Part shown: piece by piece, positions 47,847 through 57,565 of the stretch
Numbering within the stretch: position 1 is the stretch's first letter
Layout: every line of letters begins with the position of its first letter
From: Collinsella sp.
GTDB lineage: Bacteria > Actinomycetota > Coriobacteriia > Coriobacteriales > Coriobacteriaceae
Assembly: GCA_036312785.1 (NCBI GenBank)
Contig: JAXJNG010000023.1
Location: forward strand, 5,680-69,679
Direction: 5' to 3'
Length of the DNA: 64,000 nucleotides
Notes under the pieces: generated by a model
Told to the model about the DNA's origin: nothing
Database searches by the model: none
The model's input: the letters and a program-made list of their open reading frames with translations, nothing else
Made by a program: the position numbers and the translations under genes

Positions 47847-49517
47847 CTAGTGGCGAAGTCCCAGCAGCCCGCGGCCGCGATGACGGGCCTCGGCGGACAC
47901 CTGGACGTGCGGGCCGGCGGCCTTGACGGACTCGGGCAGGTGCGAGTACTTCTTCTCGAAGTTCTCCTCGAACATCACCGCCAGGTTGTGCGCGGCCTCG
48001 TCGTAGCGCGCGGTGCTCTGCCAGTATTGGCGCGGCACCAGGATGCCATCGGGCACGCCGTGGCACGTCGTGGGAATGTCGACGTTAAAGATGTCGTCGT
48101 GCACGAACTCGCTATCCTCGATGGTACCGTCGAGGGCGCGCGCGACCAGCGAGCGCGTGTAGGCCAGCTCGATGCGATGACCTACGCCGTAGCCGCCGCC
48201 GATCCAGCCGGTGTTGACCAGGTACACACGCGTGCGGCCGTCGGCAATGCGCTCGCCGAGCATCTTGGCGTAAACCATGGGGTCGAGTGGCATAAACGGC
48301 TCGCCGAACAGCGAAGAGAACGTGGGCGTGGGCTCGGTGACGCCGACCTCGGTGCCGGGAATCTTAGCCGTAAAGCCCGTCACAAAGTGGTACATGGCGG
48401 CGTCGGCCGTCAGGCGCGAGATGGGCGGCAGCACGCCAAAAGCGTCGCAAGTCAGGAACAGCACGACACTCGGAGTGGTGCCCATGCCCTTAGTCCACGC
48501 GTTAGGAATGTGCTCCACGGGATAGGCCACGCGCGTGTTGTGCGTGATCGAGATGTCGTCGTAGTTGGGCTTGCGGTTCTCGTCGAGCACCACGTTTTCG
48601 CAAATGGCGCCAAAACGGACGGCGTTGAAGATCTCGGGCTCGTGGAAGGCGTCCAGGCCCTCGCATTTTGCGTAGCAGCCACCCTCGATGTTGAAGATGC
48701 CCATGTCGGACCAGCCGTGCTCGTCGTCGCCGATCAGCAGGCGCGTGGGGTTGGCAGAAAGCGTGGTCTTGCCCGTGCCGGACAGGCCAAAGAACACGGC
48801 AGTCTCGTGCGTGACGGGATCCATGCTGGCCGAGCAGTGCATGGGCAGCACGTCATCCTCGACGGGCAGCAGATAGTTCATGACGCTAAAGATCGACTTT
48901 TTAATCTCGCCGGAGTAGCCGGTGCCGGCGACCAGAATCACGCGTTCCTGGAAGTTGATGACCACGGCGGCGCTGGAGTTGAGGCCCTTGATGGCAGGAT
49001 CGCACTGGTAACCGGGCGCTGCGAGCACGCAGAAGTCGGGCTCGCCGGTGCGCGCGATTTCGCGGGCGAGCGGACGGGCGAGCATTTGCTTAATGAAGAG
49101 TGCCTGGCTGGCACGCTCGCAGGCAACAAGCAGGCGACGCGTGTGGTTGCGGTCAGCGCCCGCCATGCCGCGCGTGACGAACACGTCGCGCTCGTTGAGA
49201 TAGTCGACGATGCCGGCCTTGATGGCCTCATAGCTCTCGACGGACAGTGGGCGGTTGACCGCACCCCAGGCGATCTTGTCGTGAACATCGGGGGTGTCAA
49301 CGATAAAACGATCGTTGGGCGAACGACCAGTGCGCTCCCCCGTCTCGATCACGAGCGCGCCATTAGAAGCCATACGGCCCTCTTTGCGACGAATAGCGTG
49401 CTCGACAAGCTCTGCCGCCGGCAGGTCCACCAGCAGACGGGGTTGATTCTCGGCGGGATCTTCAACGAGCGTAATACCAAAGTTGGACAGAACTTCTGCA
49501 GGGGTAACACCAGGCAT
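47847..49517 (-). CDS. pckA: Phosphoenolpyruvate carboxykinase (ATP)
   Basis: TGRSPNDRF, YSGEIKK, MHCSA, FFGLSGTGKTTLS, IGDDEHGW and NIEGGCYAK motifs. Confidence 0.96.
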   Translation of the reverse strand: MPGVTPAEVLSNFGITLVEDPAENQPRLLVDLPAAELVEHAIRRKEGRMASNGALVIETGERTGRSPNDRFIVDTPDVHDKIAWGAVNRPLSVESYEAIKAGIVDYLNERDVFVTRGMAGADRNHTRRLLVACERASQALFIKQMLARPLAREIARTGEPDFCVLAAPGYQCDPAIKGLNSSAAVVINFQERVILVAGTGYSGEIKKSIFSVMNYLLPVEDDVLPMHCSASMDPVTHETAVFFGLSGTGKTTLSANPTRLLIGDDEHGWSDMGIFNIEGGCYAKCEGLDAFHEPEIFNAVRFGAICENVVLDENRKPNYDDISITHNTRVAYPVEHIPNAWTKGMGTTPSVVLFLTCDAFGVLPPISRLTADAAMYHFVTGFTAKIPGTEVGVTEPTPTFSSLFGEPFMPLDPMVYAKMLGERIADGRTRVYLVNTGWIGGGYGVGHRIELAYTRSLVARALDGTIEDSEFVHDDIFNVDIPTTCHGVPDGILVPRQYWQSTARYDEAAHNLAVMFEENFEKKYSHLPESVKAAGPHVQVSAEARHRGRGLLGLRH

Positions 49518-49591
49518 GGGGCCTCCTTTAAAAACGCGACACGTTGACGCGACGCGCACTTTACTCACGTAAAGCCTGTTGTACCCGATAT

Positions 49592-49607
49592 GCAAAAACG
49601 TTTTTGC
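49592..49607. promoter_or_regulatory. LacI-family-type operator upstream of pckA
   Basis: Perfect palindrome GCAAAAACGTTTTTGC with a central CG. Confidence 0.55.
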
Positions 49608-49657
49608 GGCAAGGGCGGCAAGCCCGCCCAACGGTCAAAAATCGCAGGCAAGCGGCC

Positions 49658-49799
49658 TAGTCATTGGGGACGCTTTTAAACGACTAGTCATTGGGGACAC
49701 TCTTGATCTTGAACAGGCAACATTCAAGGAATGTCCCCGGATGCCGGCATTAGGGACGTTCCCAAAGTGCCGGCACATAAGGAACGTCCCTAAGTGCCG
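49658..49799. repeat. Array of five GGGAC-core palindromic units (families D and E)
   Basis: TAGTCA-TT-GGGGAC twice, then three GGCA/TGCC-armed units; partial homolog at 28527-28573. Confidence 0.8.
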
Positions 49800-49800
49800 A

Positions 49801-51372
49801 CTACAGCGGCAGGCCTTGGCCAAGCATGGCTATGGCGCTCATCAGGACCAGCATGCCGGAAGCGTAGGGCAGCACCGCGCCCAGGAGTTCGGCATCCTTA
49901 CCGCGCACGTGCACGGCGGCAAGACCAATGGCGAGGGTCTGCGGCGAGATCATCTTACCGGCGGCGACGCCCAGGGCGTTCAATGCGACCATCCAGTAGT
50001 CGCTCACACCCAGCGCAGTGGCGGCCTGGCTCTGAATGGGACCAAACAGCATGCCCGAGGACGTACCCGAGCCGGTCACGAACGCACCGACTGCGCCGAT
50101 CCACGGAGCCAGAATCGGGTAGAGACCGCCGGCGACCGCAATGCAAAACGCACTGATCGACGAAATCATGCCGGCATAGCCCATCACCTTGGCGCAGCCC
50201 AGTACCGAAAGCATCGTGATCACCGTCGGCGTCATCTGCTTCACAGTCGCGGCCAGCACCTCGCCCATCATGCGCGGCGAAGCGCCCTGAATGGCACCGC
50301 CGACAAACGCCGCCAGGAAAATCCAGACGCCTGGCGTGTTGATCCACGAAAACGTAAGCATACCGGGATTCTCACCGCAATACACCTGCACATGGCTCGC
50401 AAACGGCGCGAGCGCAGCATGTACAGCGGGCACCAGATTAGACGTGCCCAGCAGCAACACAAAGATCAGGATGAAGCACGACCAAGCCGAAAGCGCCGAC
50501 TTAACGGTGAGCTTCTCCCCCGCCTCGATATTCATGTGAAAGCGTGCGTCCAGATGCCCCGACTTCTCGGCACGCATGGCAAGCGCAGCTGTCAGCGCGA
50601 GCGAAACGATGGATCCTACGACCACGGCCAGCTCGGGGCCCACAAACATGGCAACGACCAGAGCCGCGCCGACAAACGAAACGCCGGAGAGCAACGCCAC
50701 GCCGGCAACACCGTGCAGACGCTCGCCCACACTCGCGGCATTGCCCTGGTCATCGGCAACACGGCCCGCAACCAGCACAATAAATAGCGGCATCACCACA
50801 AAGAACGGTGCGAGCTGCACCAGCTGAACGGTCGCTAGGTGAAGGGAATCCAAACCCACCAGGTCGGCAACGGACACCGTGGGGATGCCGATGGAGCCGT
50901 AGGGCGTGGGCACGCCGTTGGCCAGCAGGCAGATGAGCACGGCAGGCACGGCCTCAAAGCCCAGGCCCGCGAGCATGCCGGCGGGAATGGCGACAGCGGT
51001 ACCGAAGCCGGCCATGCCCTCCATAAAGCCACCGAAGCACCAAGCCACGAGCAGCGCCAGCAGACGGCGGTCGCTGCTGATGGAGGTGATCATGCTGCCG
51101 ATCACGTCCATGGCGCCCGTACGAACGCACAGGTTATACGTGAACACCGCGGCGATGATCACCAGGACGATGGGCCACAGAGCCATCAAAAAACCTTCGA
51201 GCGAGGCGGTCGCGATCTGCGCTGCCGGCAGGTGCCACCATGCGAAGGCAAGCAAGCACGAAAGGACAAACGATCCGATAGCGGCCTTCCAAGCTGGCCA
51301 TTTAAAGCACAGCAGCATCACGACCAGCCAAATAATCGGCACAAGAGCCAGTAAGAATGCGGCGACGTCCAT
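49801..51372 (-). CDS. L-lactate permease
   Basis: Polytopic membrane protein with FMEGMAGFGTAV, GAFVTGSGTSS and AGKMISPQ motifs. Confidence 0.92.
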   Translation of the reverse strand: MDVAAFLLALVPIIWLVVMLLCFKWPAWKAAIGSFVLSCLLAFAWWHLPAAQIATASLEGFLMALWPIVLVIIAAVFTYNLCVRTGAMDVIGSMITSISSDRRLLALLVAWCFGGFMEGMAGFGTAVAIPAGMLAGLGFEAVPAVLICLLANGVPTPYGSIGIPTVSVADLVGLDSLHLATVQLVQLAPFFVVMPLFIVLVAGRVADDQGNAASVGERLHGVAGVALLSGVSFVGAALVVAMFVGPELAVVVGSIVSLALTAALAMRAEKSGHLDARFHMNIEAGEKLTVKSALSAWSCFILIFVLLLGTSNLVPAVHAALAPFASHVQVYCGENPGMLTFSWINTPGVWIFLAAFVGGAIQGASPRMMGEVLAATVKQMTPTVITMLSVLGCAKVMGYAGMISSISAFCIAVAGGLYPILAPWIGAVGAFVTGSGTSSGMLFGPIQSQAATALGVSDYWMVALNALGVAAGKMISPQTLAIGLAAVHVRGKDAELLGAVLPYASGMLVLMSAIAMLGQGLPL

Positions 51373-51552
51373 AGGTAGAAGCTCCTTGGTACCGCGTGGG
51401 CGGCATCGAGGGTGTCACAAAACTTCAACAGGATACCGCACGTTTACCGACAAATTACAGCCGCCCGCCGAAATTATTGAACAATCCGTTCAAAAACACG
51501 AGCGAACACCGTCGCGTCTATACTAAAGCGCAGCAATAGAAAGGACTCCGCT

Positions 51553-53133
51553 TTGAGCATCACGCCCCTCGATAGCATTCGCCGCGCCATCGCCCGCCGC
51601 AACGGCACCTCCAACCCCGCTGCATCGAGAGACGGCGCCGCGAAGGCCCAGGGCGGCCGCATCGAGAACGGCCTCTTCCCTGCCTCGCACACTGCCGAGG
51701 AACTCGCACGCATCCAAGAGCTGAGTCAGCGCAACGCCGGCGGGCCCGATAGCAGCCAAGCCACACGTCGCCGGCGCGAACGCGATCGCAAGCCCGGCCC
51801 CGTCCGCCGCATGGTCAACGCTTGGTGGAACCGTCTGCTCGGCGCCGTCTACGGCGGCGGCTTCTCCATGCAGGAAGCGGAATACGAGGAGCACGCCACC
51901 AGTCGCGACTATCTTTGGAACACCCTCGGCACCGCCGTGTGGGGCTTGGCGTTTCCGCTGCTCACCATCGTGTCTACGCAGCTCGTGGGCGCCGAAGAAG
52001 CCGGCAAGTTCTCCATCGCCTTTGTCACCGGCACGCTCATCATGATCGCGTGCAACTACGGCGTGCGCAATTTCCAGGTCTCGGACATCGACGAAAAGAC
52101 GTCCTTTGCCTCCTACCAGCTCAACCGCTGGCTTTGCGGAGCGCTCGCCCTAGGCTGCGGCCTCATGTACAGCAGCGCCCGCGGCTATGACACGCAGATG
52201 GCGATGATCGGCCTGGGCGTCTACCTGTATAAGGTCATCGACGGCATCGCCGACGTGTACGAAGGCCGCCTGCAGCAGGCCGACAAGCTCTACCTGGCCG
52301 GCATGAGCCAAACGCTACGCTCCGTCGGCGTCATCGCGGTCTTCAGCGTGGCGCTGTTCCTCACGCGCAGCATGCCCATCGCGGCCATGGCCATGGGCAT
52401 CGCCGCGATCGCCTCGCTCGTGCTGGTCACCGCGCCGCTCGCCCTGCTCGAGACCGAAAAATCGCGCCGCGTGAGTCTGCGCGAGGTCGGCCACCTGTTT
52501 GTCCATTGCGCCCCGCTCTTTGGCGCGCTATTCCTGTTCAATCTTATCGAGAGCATGCCCAAGTTTGTGATGGAAGGCACGCTGGCATACAAATATCAGC
52601 TGTACTTTAATGCCCTGTTCTTTCCTGCGCAGGCTATTCTGTTGAGCATTGGATTTGTCTATAAACCGCAGCTCCTGCGCTTGTCGAGCATTTGGGCTAA
52701 TCCTCGCAAGCGTCGTCGCTTTGACCTGATTATTGTTGCCGTTATGGCGCTGATCGTGGTCATCACCGGCGTGTGCGCCGCATTTATGACAGGTCCCGGT
52801 ATTCCCCTCATGAGCTTTATGTACGGTCTCAGCTTTGAGCGCTACCGTACGCTGGCGCTGCTGATGGTCGTCGCCGGCGGCGTCACCGCGGCCATCGACT
52901 TTATCTACGCCATTATCACGGTGCTGCGCCATGCCGGTGACGTCACCAAGGTCTACCTGATTTGTTTTGCCGTGAGCGTGGTTTTGCCGGTGATTCTGAT
53001 CAACCTGCTCGGCCTGATGGGCGCCGTCGTGAGTTACCTAGCCATCATGGCCCTACTGCTGGTACTGTTGATTATCGAGTACGCCCACATCCGCCAACGC
53101 ATCGAACGCGACCGCAACCCATACGGCGCCTAA
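51553..53133 (+). CDS. Polysaccharide flippase (Wzx/MOP-like)
   Basis: About 12 TM segments; WNTLG, YGVRNFQVSD and YKPQL motifs; charged N-terminal extension, so the start is uncertain. Confidence 0.8.
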   Translation: MSITPLDSIRRAIARRNGTSNPAASRDGAAKAQGGRIENGLFPASHTAEELARIQELSQRNAGGPDSSQATRRRRERDRKPGPVRRMVNAWWNRLLGAVYGGGFSMQEAEYEEHATSRDYLWNTLGTAVWGLAFPLLTIVSTQLVGAEEAGKFSIAFVTGTLIMIACNYGVRNFQVSDIDEKTSFASYQLNRWLCGALALGCGLMYSSARGYDTQMAMIGLGVYLYKVIDGIADVYEGRLQQADKLYLAGMSQTLRSVGVIAVFSVALFLTRSMPIAAMAMGIAAIASLVLVTAPLALLETEKSRRVSLREVGHLFVHCAPLFGALFLFNLIESMPKFVMEGTLAYKYQLYFNALFFPAQAILLSIGFVYKPQLLRLSSIWANPRKRRRFDLIIVAVMALIVVITGVCAAFMTGPGIPLMSFMYGLSFERYRTLALLMVVAGGVTAAIDFIYAIITVLRHAGDVTKVYLICFAVSVVLPVILINLLGLMGAVVSYLAIMALLLVLLIIEYAHIRQRIERDRNPYGA

Positions 53134-53213
53134 TTAGCTGCCCCGGTCATCGAAATTTGCGATGGAATCGCCCCGGCTGGGGTCTCGTTGAAGACAATAT
53201 GCATCACGTAAAA

Positions 53214-53336
53214 CTAAGTGAGTAGATTTTTACCGAATCCCCGACCACACCGACAGAGCACAAGTCTGTGACCTGCGGTTTTATTGAGGCAAATATGTTG
53301 GGTGCTCGGCATTTCCAAAAAAGTCTACTCACTTAG
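53214..53336. repeat. Inverted-arm element centred on GTGACCTGCGGTTTTA
   Basis: Perfect 13-bp inverted repeat CTAAGTGAGTAGA/TCTACTCACTTAG plus an inner imperfect one; the motif sits at the midpoint. Confidence 0.8.
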
Positions 53337-53351
53337 CCAGCGGGCACCCAA

Positions 53352-53439
53352 ATGATTATTTAATCCCCGTCCCAGAGAAATCAATTAGCGGGCAGAAGGG
53401 CAAAAGTAGCCAAAAAAGCCCCGTCCCAAATTAGCTACC
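53352..53439 (-). repeat. Two TGGGACGGGG-core palindromes (family B)
   Basis: GTAGCCAA-AAAAGCCCC-GTCCCA-AA-TTAGCTAC at 53406-53438 and a TGATT/AATCA-armed copy upstream. Confidence 0.75.
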
Positions 53440-53450
53440 ACTTGCACCGA

Positions 53451-54290
53451 TTATTCGCCCGGGTTGATGTTCGCGTAGAACTCCGCCCCATCATCGAGCC
53501 GCAGGATGCCCACGCGACCGAACTCGGAGCCGGTGGCGGCGGCGCAGTCGATATCGATACGATCGGGCACACCGGCAGTGTCCTCGCCGCCCAAGCGCAC
53601 GATCTGCCCGCGTCCCGATTCCTCATCGAGCCCCGCCAGACCACCGACCTCGCAATAGCGCCCAAGCGATACCGTGGGCGTGTGGCCGCTCACCACGACC
53701 GGGCCCTTGCCCTCGGCAGAAAGCAGCCCGGTCGGCACATCCCAATAGCCGTGACGAATCCATAGCAGGTCATCGGACGACTGCACCGCGAGCATCTGCT
53801 GCAGCAGCTCGCGATCGGCACCCACCGCTCCGACGCCGTCGCCGCAATCGACACCATGCGCAAGCAAAAACGCACGCGCCGCCTCGGTCTGAATGCCGGC
53901 GTGCACCAGCAGGTACGGCCGCTCGGCAGTCTCGACCACCGCGTAGAGCGGCAGCGCGGCCATCCATCGCACGAGCTCCTCGTATGCCTCAAATTCCATG
54001 TCGTTGAGTTGCTCGCGCGTCGTCCAGCCACCGTTGATATCCCAGGTCTCGGCATCGAGCGGATCCTGGCCAATGATGGCATCGAGCATGATCTGCTCGT
54101 GATTACCCTTGAGCACGCGGGCGTTGGGCAGCGAGCGCACGAGCTTAATAACGCCGACCGGATCGGGCCCGCGATCGATCATGTCGCCCAGCACGTACAG
54201 TGTGTCGTCGGACGTCAACGAGATCTTAGACAGGGCCTCGTCAAGCGCACGCACGTGCCCGTGAGCATCAGATGTCACATAGATCGCCAT
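53451..54290 (-). CDS. Metallophosphoesterase (PPP/calcineurin-like)
   Basis: SDAHG, GDMIDRG, GNHE, VHAG, GHTPT and IDCA motifs. Confidence 0.92.
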   Translation of the reverse strand: MAIYVTSDAHGHVRALDEALSKISLTSDDTLYVLGDMIDRGPDPVGVIKLVRSLPNARVLKGNHEQIMLDAIIGQDPLDAETWDINGGWTTREQLNDMEFEAYEELVRWMAALPLYAVVETAERPYLLVHAGIQTEAARAFLLAHGVDCGDGVGAVGADRELLQQMLAVQSSDDLLWIRHGYWDVPTGLLSAEGKGPVVVSGHTPTVSLGRYCEVGGLAGLDEESGRGQIVRLGGEDTAGVPDRIDIDCAAATGSEFGRVGILRLDDGAEFYANINPGE

Positions 54291-54543
54291 GGTACGCCTC
54301 TCCTTGCATTGCGGCCGAAGCCCGGCGCCGCAACTAAAACTTCAAGTTGAACTTAAACGTTACCCATTGTACTCCGTTGCAATAAAGCTGGAAAGGGTTT
54401 CCGAGCAGAGGCAAAGACGGAAGCCGTCTATGACGATATCGCGCACGCCCGCAATCCAACCCCATAAACCCACCATCTTTGGGTACAAATAACCGCAGAC
54501 AACTGACCGTGCCACGCCAACCACCCAGGAGCGGACACTACCC

Positions 54544-56145
54544 ATGAACCAGATCCTTCTTTTTATCGGCCTCGTCATCATTTTGTGCCTGACCATCAAA
54601 CCCGTCGGCAAAAAGCTCCCCTTCCCCACCCTGCTCATCTTTATCACGCTGGGCATGCTGTTGGGCGTCAACGGCCCGACGCATATCGACTTTAGCGACT
54701 ACGCACTCACCGAAACCGTCTGCAGCACGGCGCTGCTGTTCATCATGTTCTACGGCGGCTTTAACACCAACATCGACCGTGCCAAACCTGTCGCCATACC
54801 TGCAATGCTACTGAGCACGCTCGGCGTCGTCATCACCGCAGGCATCACCGGCGTGTTCGCCCACTTTGTACTGGGCTTCGACTGGATCGGCGGCCTGCTG
54901 TTGGGATCGGTCGTGGCGTCCACCGACGCGGCCAGCGTCTTTAGCGTTCTGCGCGAGCACAGCCTGTCGCTGAGGGGCGGCACCGACTCGCTGCTCGAGG
55001 TCGAATCGGGCTCCAACGATCCCGTCGCCTATATGCTCACCGCCGTGCTCGCCACACTCGCGGCCGGCGGCGACATCAACATTCCCGCACTGCTGGCCAA
55101 GCAGATTATCTTGGGCGTGGGCCTGGGCCTCGCCATCGGCTGGGCGGCGGGCCGCCTGATTGAACGCGCGCACGCAACGGCCGAGGGCGCGCAGACCATC
55201 TTTTTGTTCGCCGTGGCCATCGTCGCCTACGCGCTGCCGAGCTACCTGGGCGGCAACGGATTTTTGGCCGTGTACCTGGCCGGCATTGTGCTGGGTGCGA
55301 GCGACATCACCGGCAAGGTCGAGATGGCGCACTTCTTCGATACCCTCACCGAGATGGCCGAGATGACGATCTTCTTCTTGCTCGGCCTGCTCGTAACGCC
55401 CGCACGCCTGCCGCAGATGCTGCTGCCGGGCCTGGCGCTCATGGCGTTTATGCTCTTTGTGAGCCGCCCCATCGCCGTCGGCGTGCTCCTAGCGCCCTTT
55501 AAGACGAACCCTCGCCAGGTTGCGCTCGTAAGCTGGGCGGGTCTGCGCGGCGCGGCTTCGGTCGTGTTTAGCCTCTTTACCGTGGTGGCCGGTGTTCCTG
55601 GCGGTCACGACCTGTTTGACCTGGTATTTGTGATTGCCGTGTCGAGCATTGTGGTGCAGGGCTCGCTGCTACCGGCGGTGGCGAAAAAGCTCAATATGAT
55701 CGACGCGGAAGGCGACGTGCGCCGTACGTTTAACGATTACCGCGACGAGGACGGCATGTCGTTTGTCAAGTTCAAGGTGGGCGCGGGCCATCCGTTTTCC
55801 GGACGCTCGCTCGCGGACATTGGCAGCGCCACAAATATGCTCGTGGTCCTGGTGCTGCGCGACGGGGCGCACCCGGTACTGCCCAATGGCGACACCGTGA
55901 TCCAGGAAGGCGATCTGCTGGTGATGGCCGCGCCGACGTTTGAAGAGCGTACCGAAGTTACGCTGCGCGAGGTCACCGTGACTCCCCACGGTCGCCTGGC
56001 CGGCCAGCGCCTGTGCGATGTGCCGCAAGGCAAACATCCGTTTATTGTGGTGATGCTCAAGCGCGAAGGCCAAACGATCATCCCCGACGGCAACACCCTA
56101 ATATACGCCGGCGACGAAGCCGTCATCGCCACGCTAGCATCGTAG
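54544..56145 (+). CDS. K+/H+ antiporter (NhaP2/CvrA type) with TrkA-C domains
   Basis: STDAASVF, ESGSNDP and WAGLRGA motifs; two C-terminal RCK_C repeats. Confidence 0.92.
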   Translation: MNQILLFIGLVIILCLTIKPVGKKLPFPTLLIFITLGMLLGVNGPTHIDFSDYALTETVCSTALLFIMFYGGFNTNIDRAKPVAIPAMLLSTLGVVITAGITGVFAHFVLGFDWIGGLLLGSVVASTDAASVFSVLREHSLSLRGGTDSLLEVESGSNDPVAYMLTAVLATLAAGGDINIPALLAKQIILGVGLGLAIGWAAGRLIERAHATAEGAQTIFLFAVAIVAYALPSYLGGNGFLAVYLAGIVLGASDITGKVEMAHFFDTLTEMAEMTIFFLLGLLVTPARLPQMLLPGLALMAFMLFVSRPIAVGVLLAPFKTNPRQVALVSWAGLRGAASVVFSLFTVVAGVPGGHDLFDLVFVIAVSSIVVQGSLLPAVAKKLNMIDAEGDVRRTFNDYRDEDGMSFVKFKVGAGHPFSGRSLADIGSATNMLVVLVLRDGAHPVLPNGDTVIQEGDLLVMAAPTFEERTEVTLREVTVTPHGRLAGQRLCDVPQGKHPFIVVMLKREGQTIIPDGNTLIYAGDEAVIATLAS

Positions 56146-56371
56146 TGACTAGGAGGTAGCTACTTTAGGACGAAGAGATCAAGCGCCTAGGAACCTCATG
56201 TCTTCGCTCGCAGATTTGGATTTGCCTGAGGAGTAAAGCACCCCTCCCCCATGTAACCATCCTGTAAATCATAGCGACGCACTCGAGTTTTACCGTGATG
56301 CGGTCGCGCCTGGCGCTCCACTGTGCTAAAGTAACCCGAACGTCCAAACGACTACAAGGGGGAACTAGAAG

Positions 56372-57496
56372 ATGGCACGTGTGCACAACTTCTCAGCTGG
56401 CCCGGCAGCGCTGCCCACAAGCGTGCTCGCCGAGATCGCCGACGAGATGATGGACTACCGCGGTTGCGGCATGTCCGTGCTCGAGATGAGCCATCGATCT
56501 AGCATGTACCAGCAGATCATCGACGACGCCGAGGCAACCCTGCGTCGCCTGCTGAGCATCCCCGACAACTACCGTGTCCTGTTTTTGCAGGGCGGCGCCA
56601 CGCTGCAGTTTGCGGGCATCCCCATGAACCTCATGCGCCGCGGCCGCGCCGGCTACGTCGTGACCGGTAACTTTGCCAACAAGGCGTACAAAGAGGCCGC
56701 CAAGTACGGCGAGGCCGTGCTGCTCGCGAGCTCCGAGGACACCAACTTCGACCGCATCCCCGACATGGCCGACATCAACGCGCGCATTGCCGCCGAGGCC
56801 GCGAGCGACGGGCTCGACTACGTTTACATCTGCCAGAACAACACCATCTTTGGCACCATGTACCACGAGCTGCCCGCTTGCGGCGACGTGCCGCTGGTCG
56901 CCGATGTCTCGAGCTGTTTTCTGTCGCAGCCGCTCGACGTCGAGCGCTACGGCCTCATCTACGCCGGCGCGCAGAAAAACGCCGGCGCCGCGGGTGTGAC
57001 CGTGGTCATCGTGCGCGACGACCTCATCGCAGATGGCCCCGCCTTTGCGCAGACGCCGCAGTACATGGACCTCAAGACCCAGGCCGCCAAGGGCTCCATG
57101 CTCAACACGCCCAACACCTTTGGTATCTACGTATGCGGCAAGGTGTTCCGTTGGGTTGAGAAAACCGGCGGACTTGCCGCCATGGCCGAGCGCAACTGGG
57201 CCAAGGCCAATCTGCTCTATGACCTGCTCGAGCACAGCGAGCTGTTCCATAGCACTACGCAGGCCGACAGCCGCTCCATCGCCAACGTCACCTTCCGCAC
57301 CGGCGACGCCGAACTCGACGCGGCCTTTGTCGCAGGCGCGGCCGGGCACCAGATTCAAAACGTCAAGGGCCATCGCCTGGTGGGCGGTATGCGCGCCAGC
57401 GTCTACAACGCCGTAACCATGGAAGACGTGCAGGCACTGGCCTCGTACATGAAGGACTTCGAAGCGCAGCATAGTTTGAGCCCGCGATCTAACTAG
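56372..57496 (+). CDS. serC: Phosphoserine aminotransferase
   Basis: NFSAGPA, EMSHRS, YAGAQKN and KGHRLVGGMRASVYN motifs. Confidence 0.96.
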   Translation: MARVHNFSAGPAALPTSVLAEIADEMMDYRGCGMSVLEMSHRSSMYQQIIDDAEATLRRLLSIPDNYRVLFLQGGATLQFAGIPMNLMRRGRAGYVVTGNFANKAYKEAAKYGEAVLLASSEDTNFDRIPDMADINARIAAEAASDGLDYVYICQNNTIFGTMYHELPACGDVPLVADVSSCFLSQPLDVERYGLIYAGAQKNAGAAGVTVVIVRDDLIADGPAFAQTPQYMDLKTQAAKGSMLNTPNTFGIYVCGKVFRWVEKTGGLAAMAERNWAKANLLYDLLEHSELFHSTTQADSRSIANVTFRTGDAELDAAFVAGAAGHQIQNVKGHRLVGGMRASVYNAVTMEDVQALASYMKDFEAQHSLSPRSN

Positions 57497-57565
57497 CCCG
57501 CAACCCGCGGGCCGACCAGCCACTTCAAACCACCTGTTTTAAACAAACCCGCTAAGGAGTTTTTC

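Noticed and set aside
49658..49799. Short tandem units as a mini-CRISPR
   Set aside because: Units abut or share arms, alternate in orientation and lack unique spacers.
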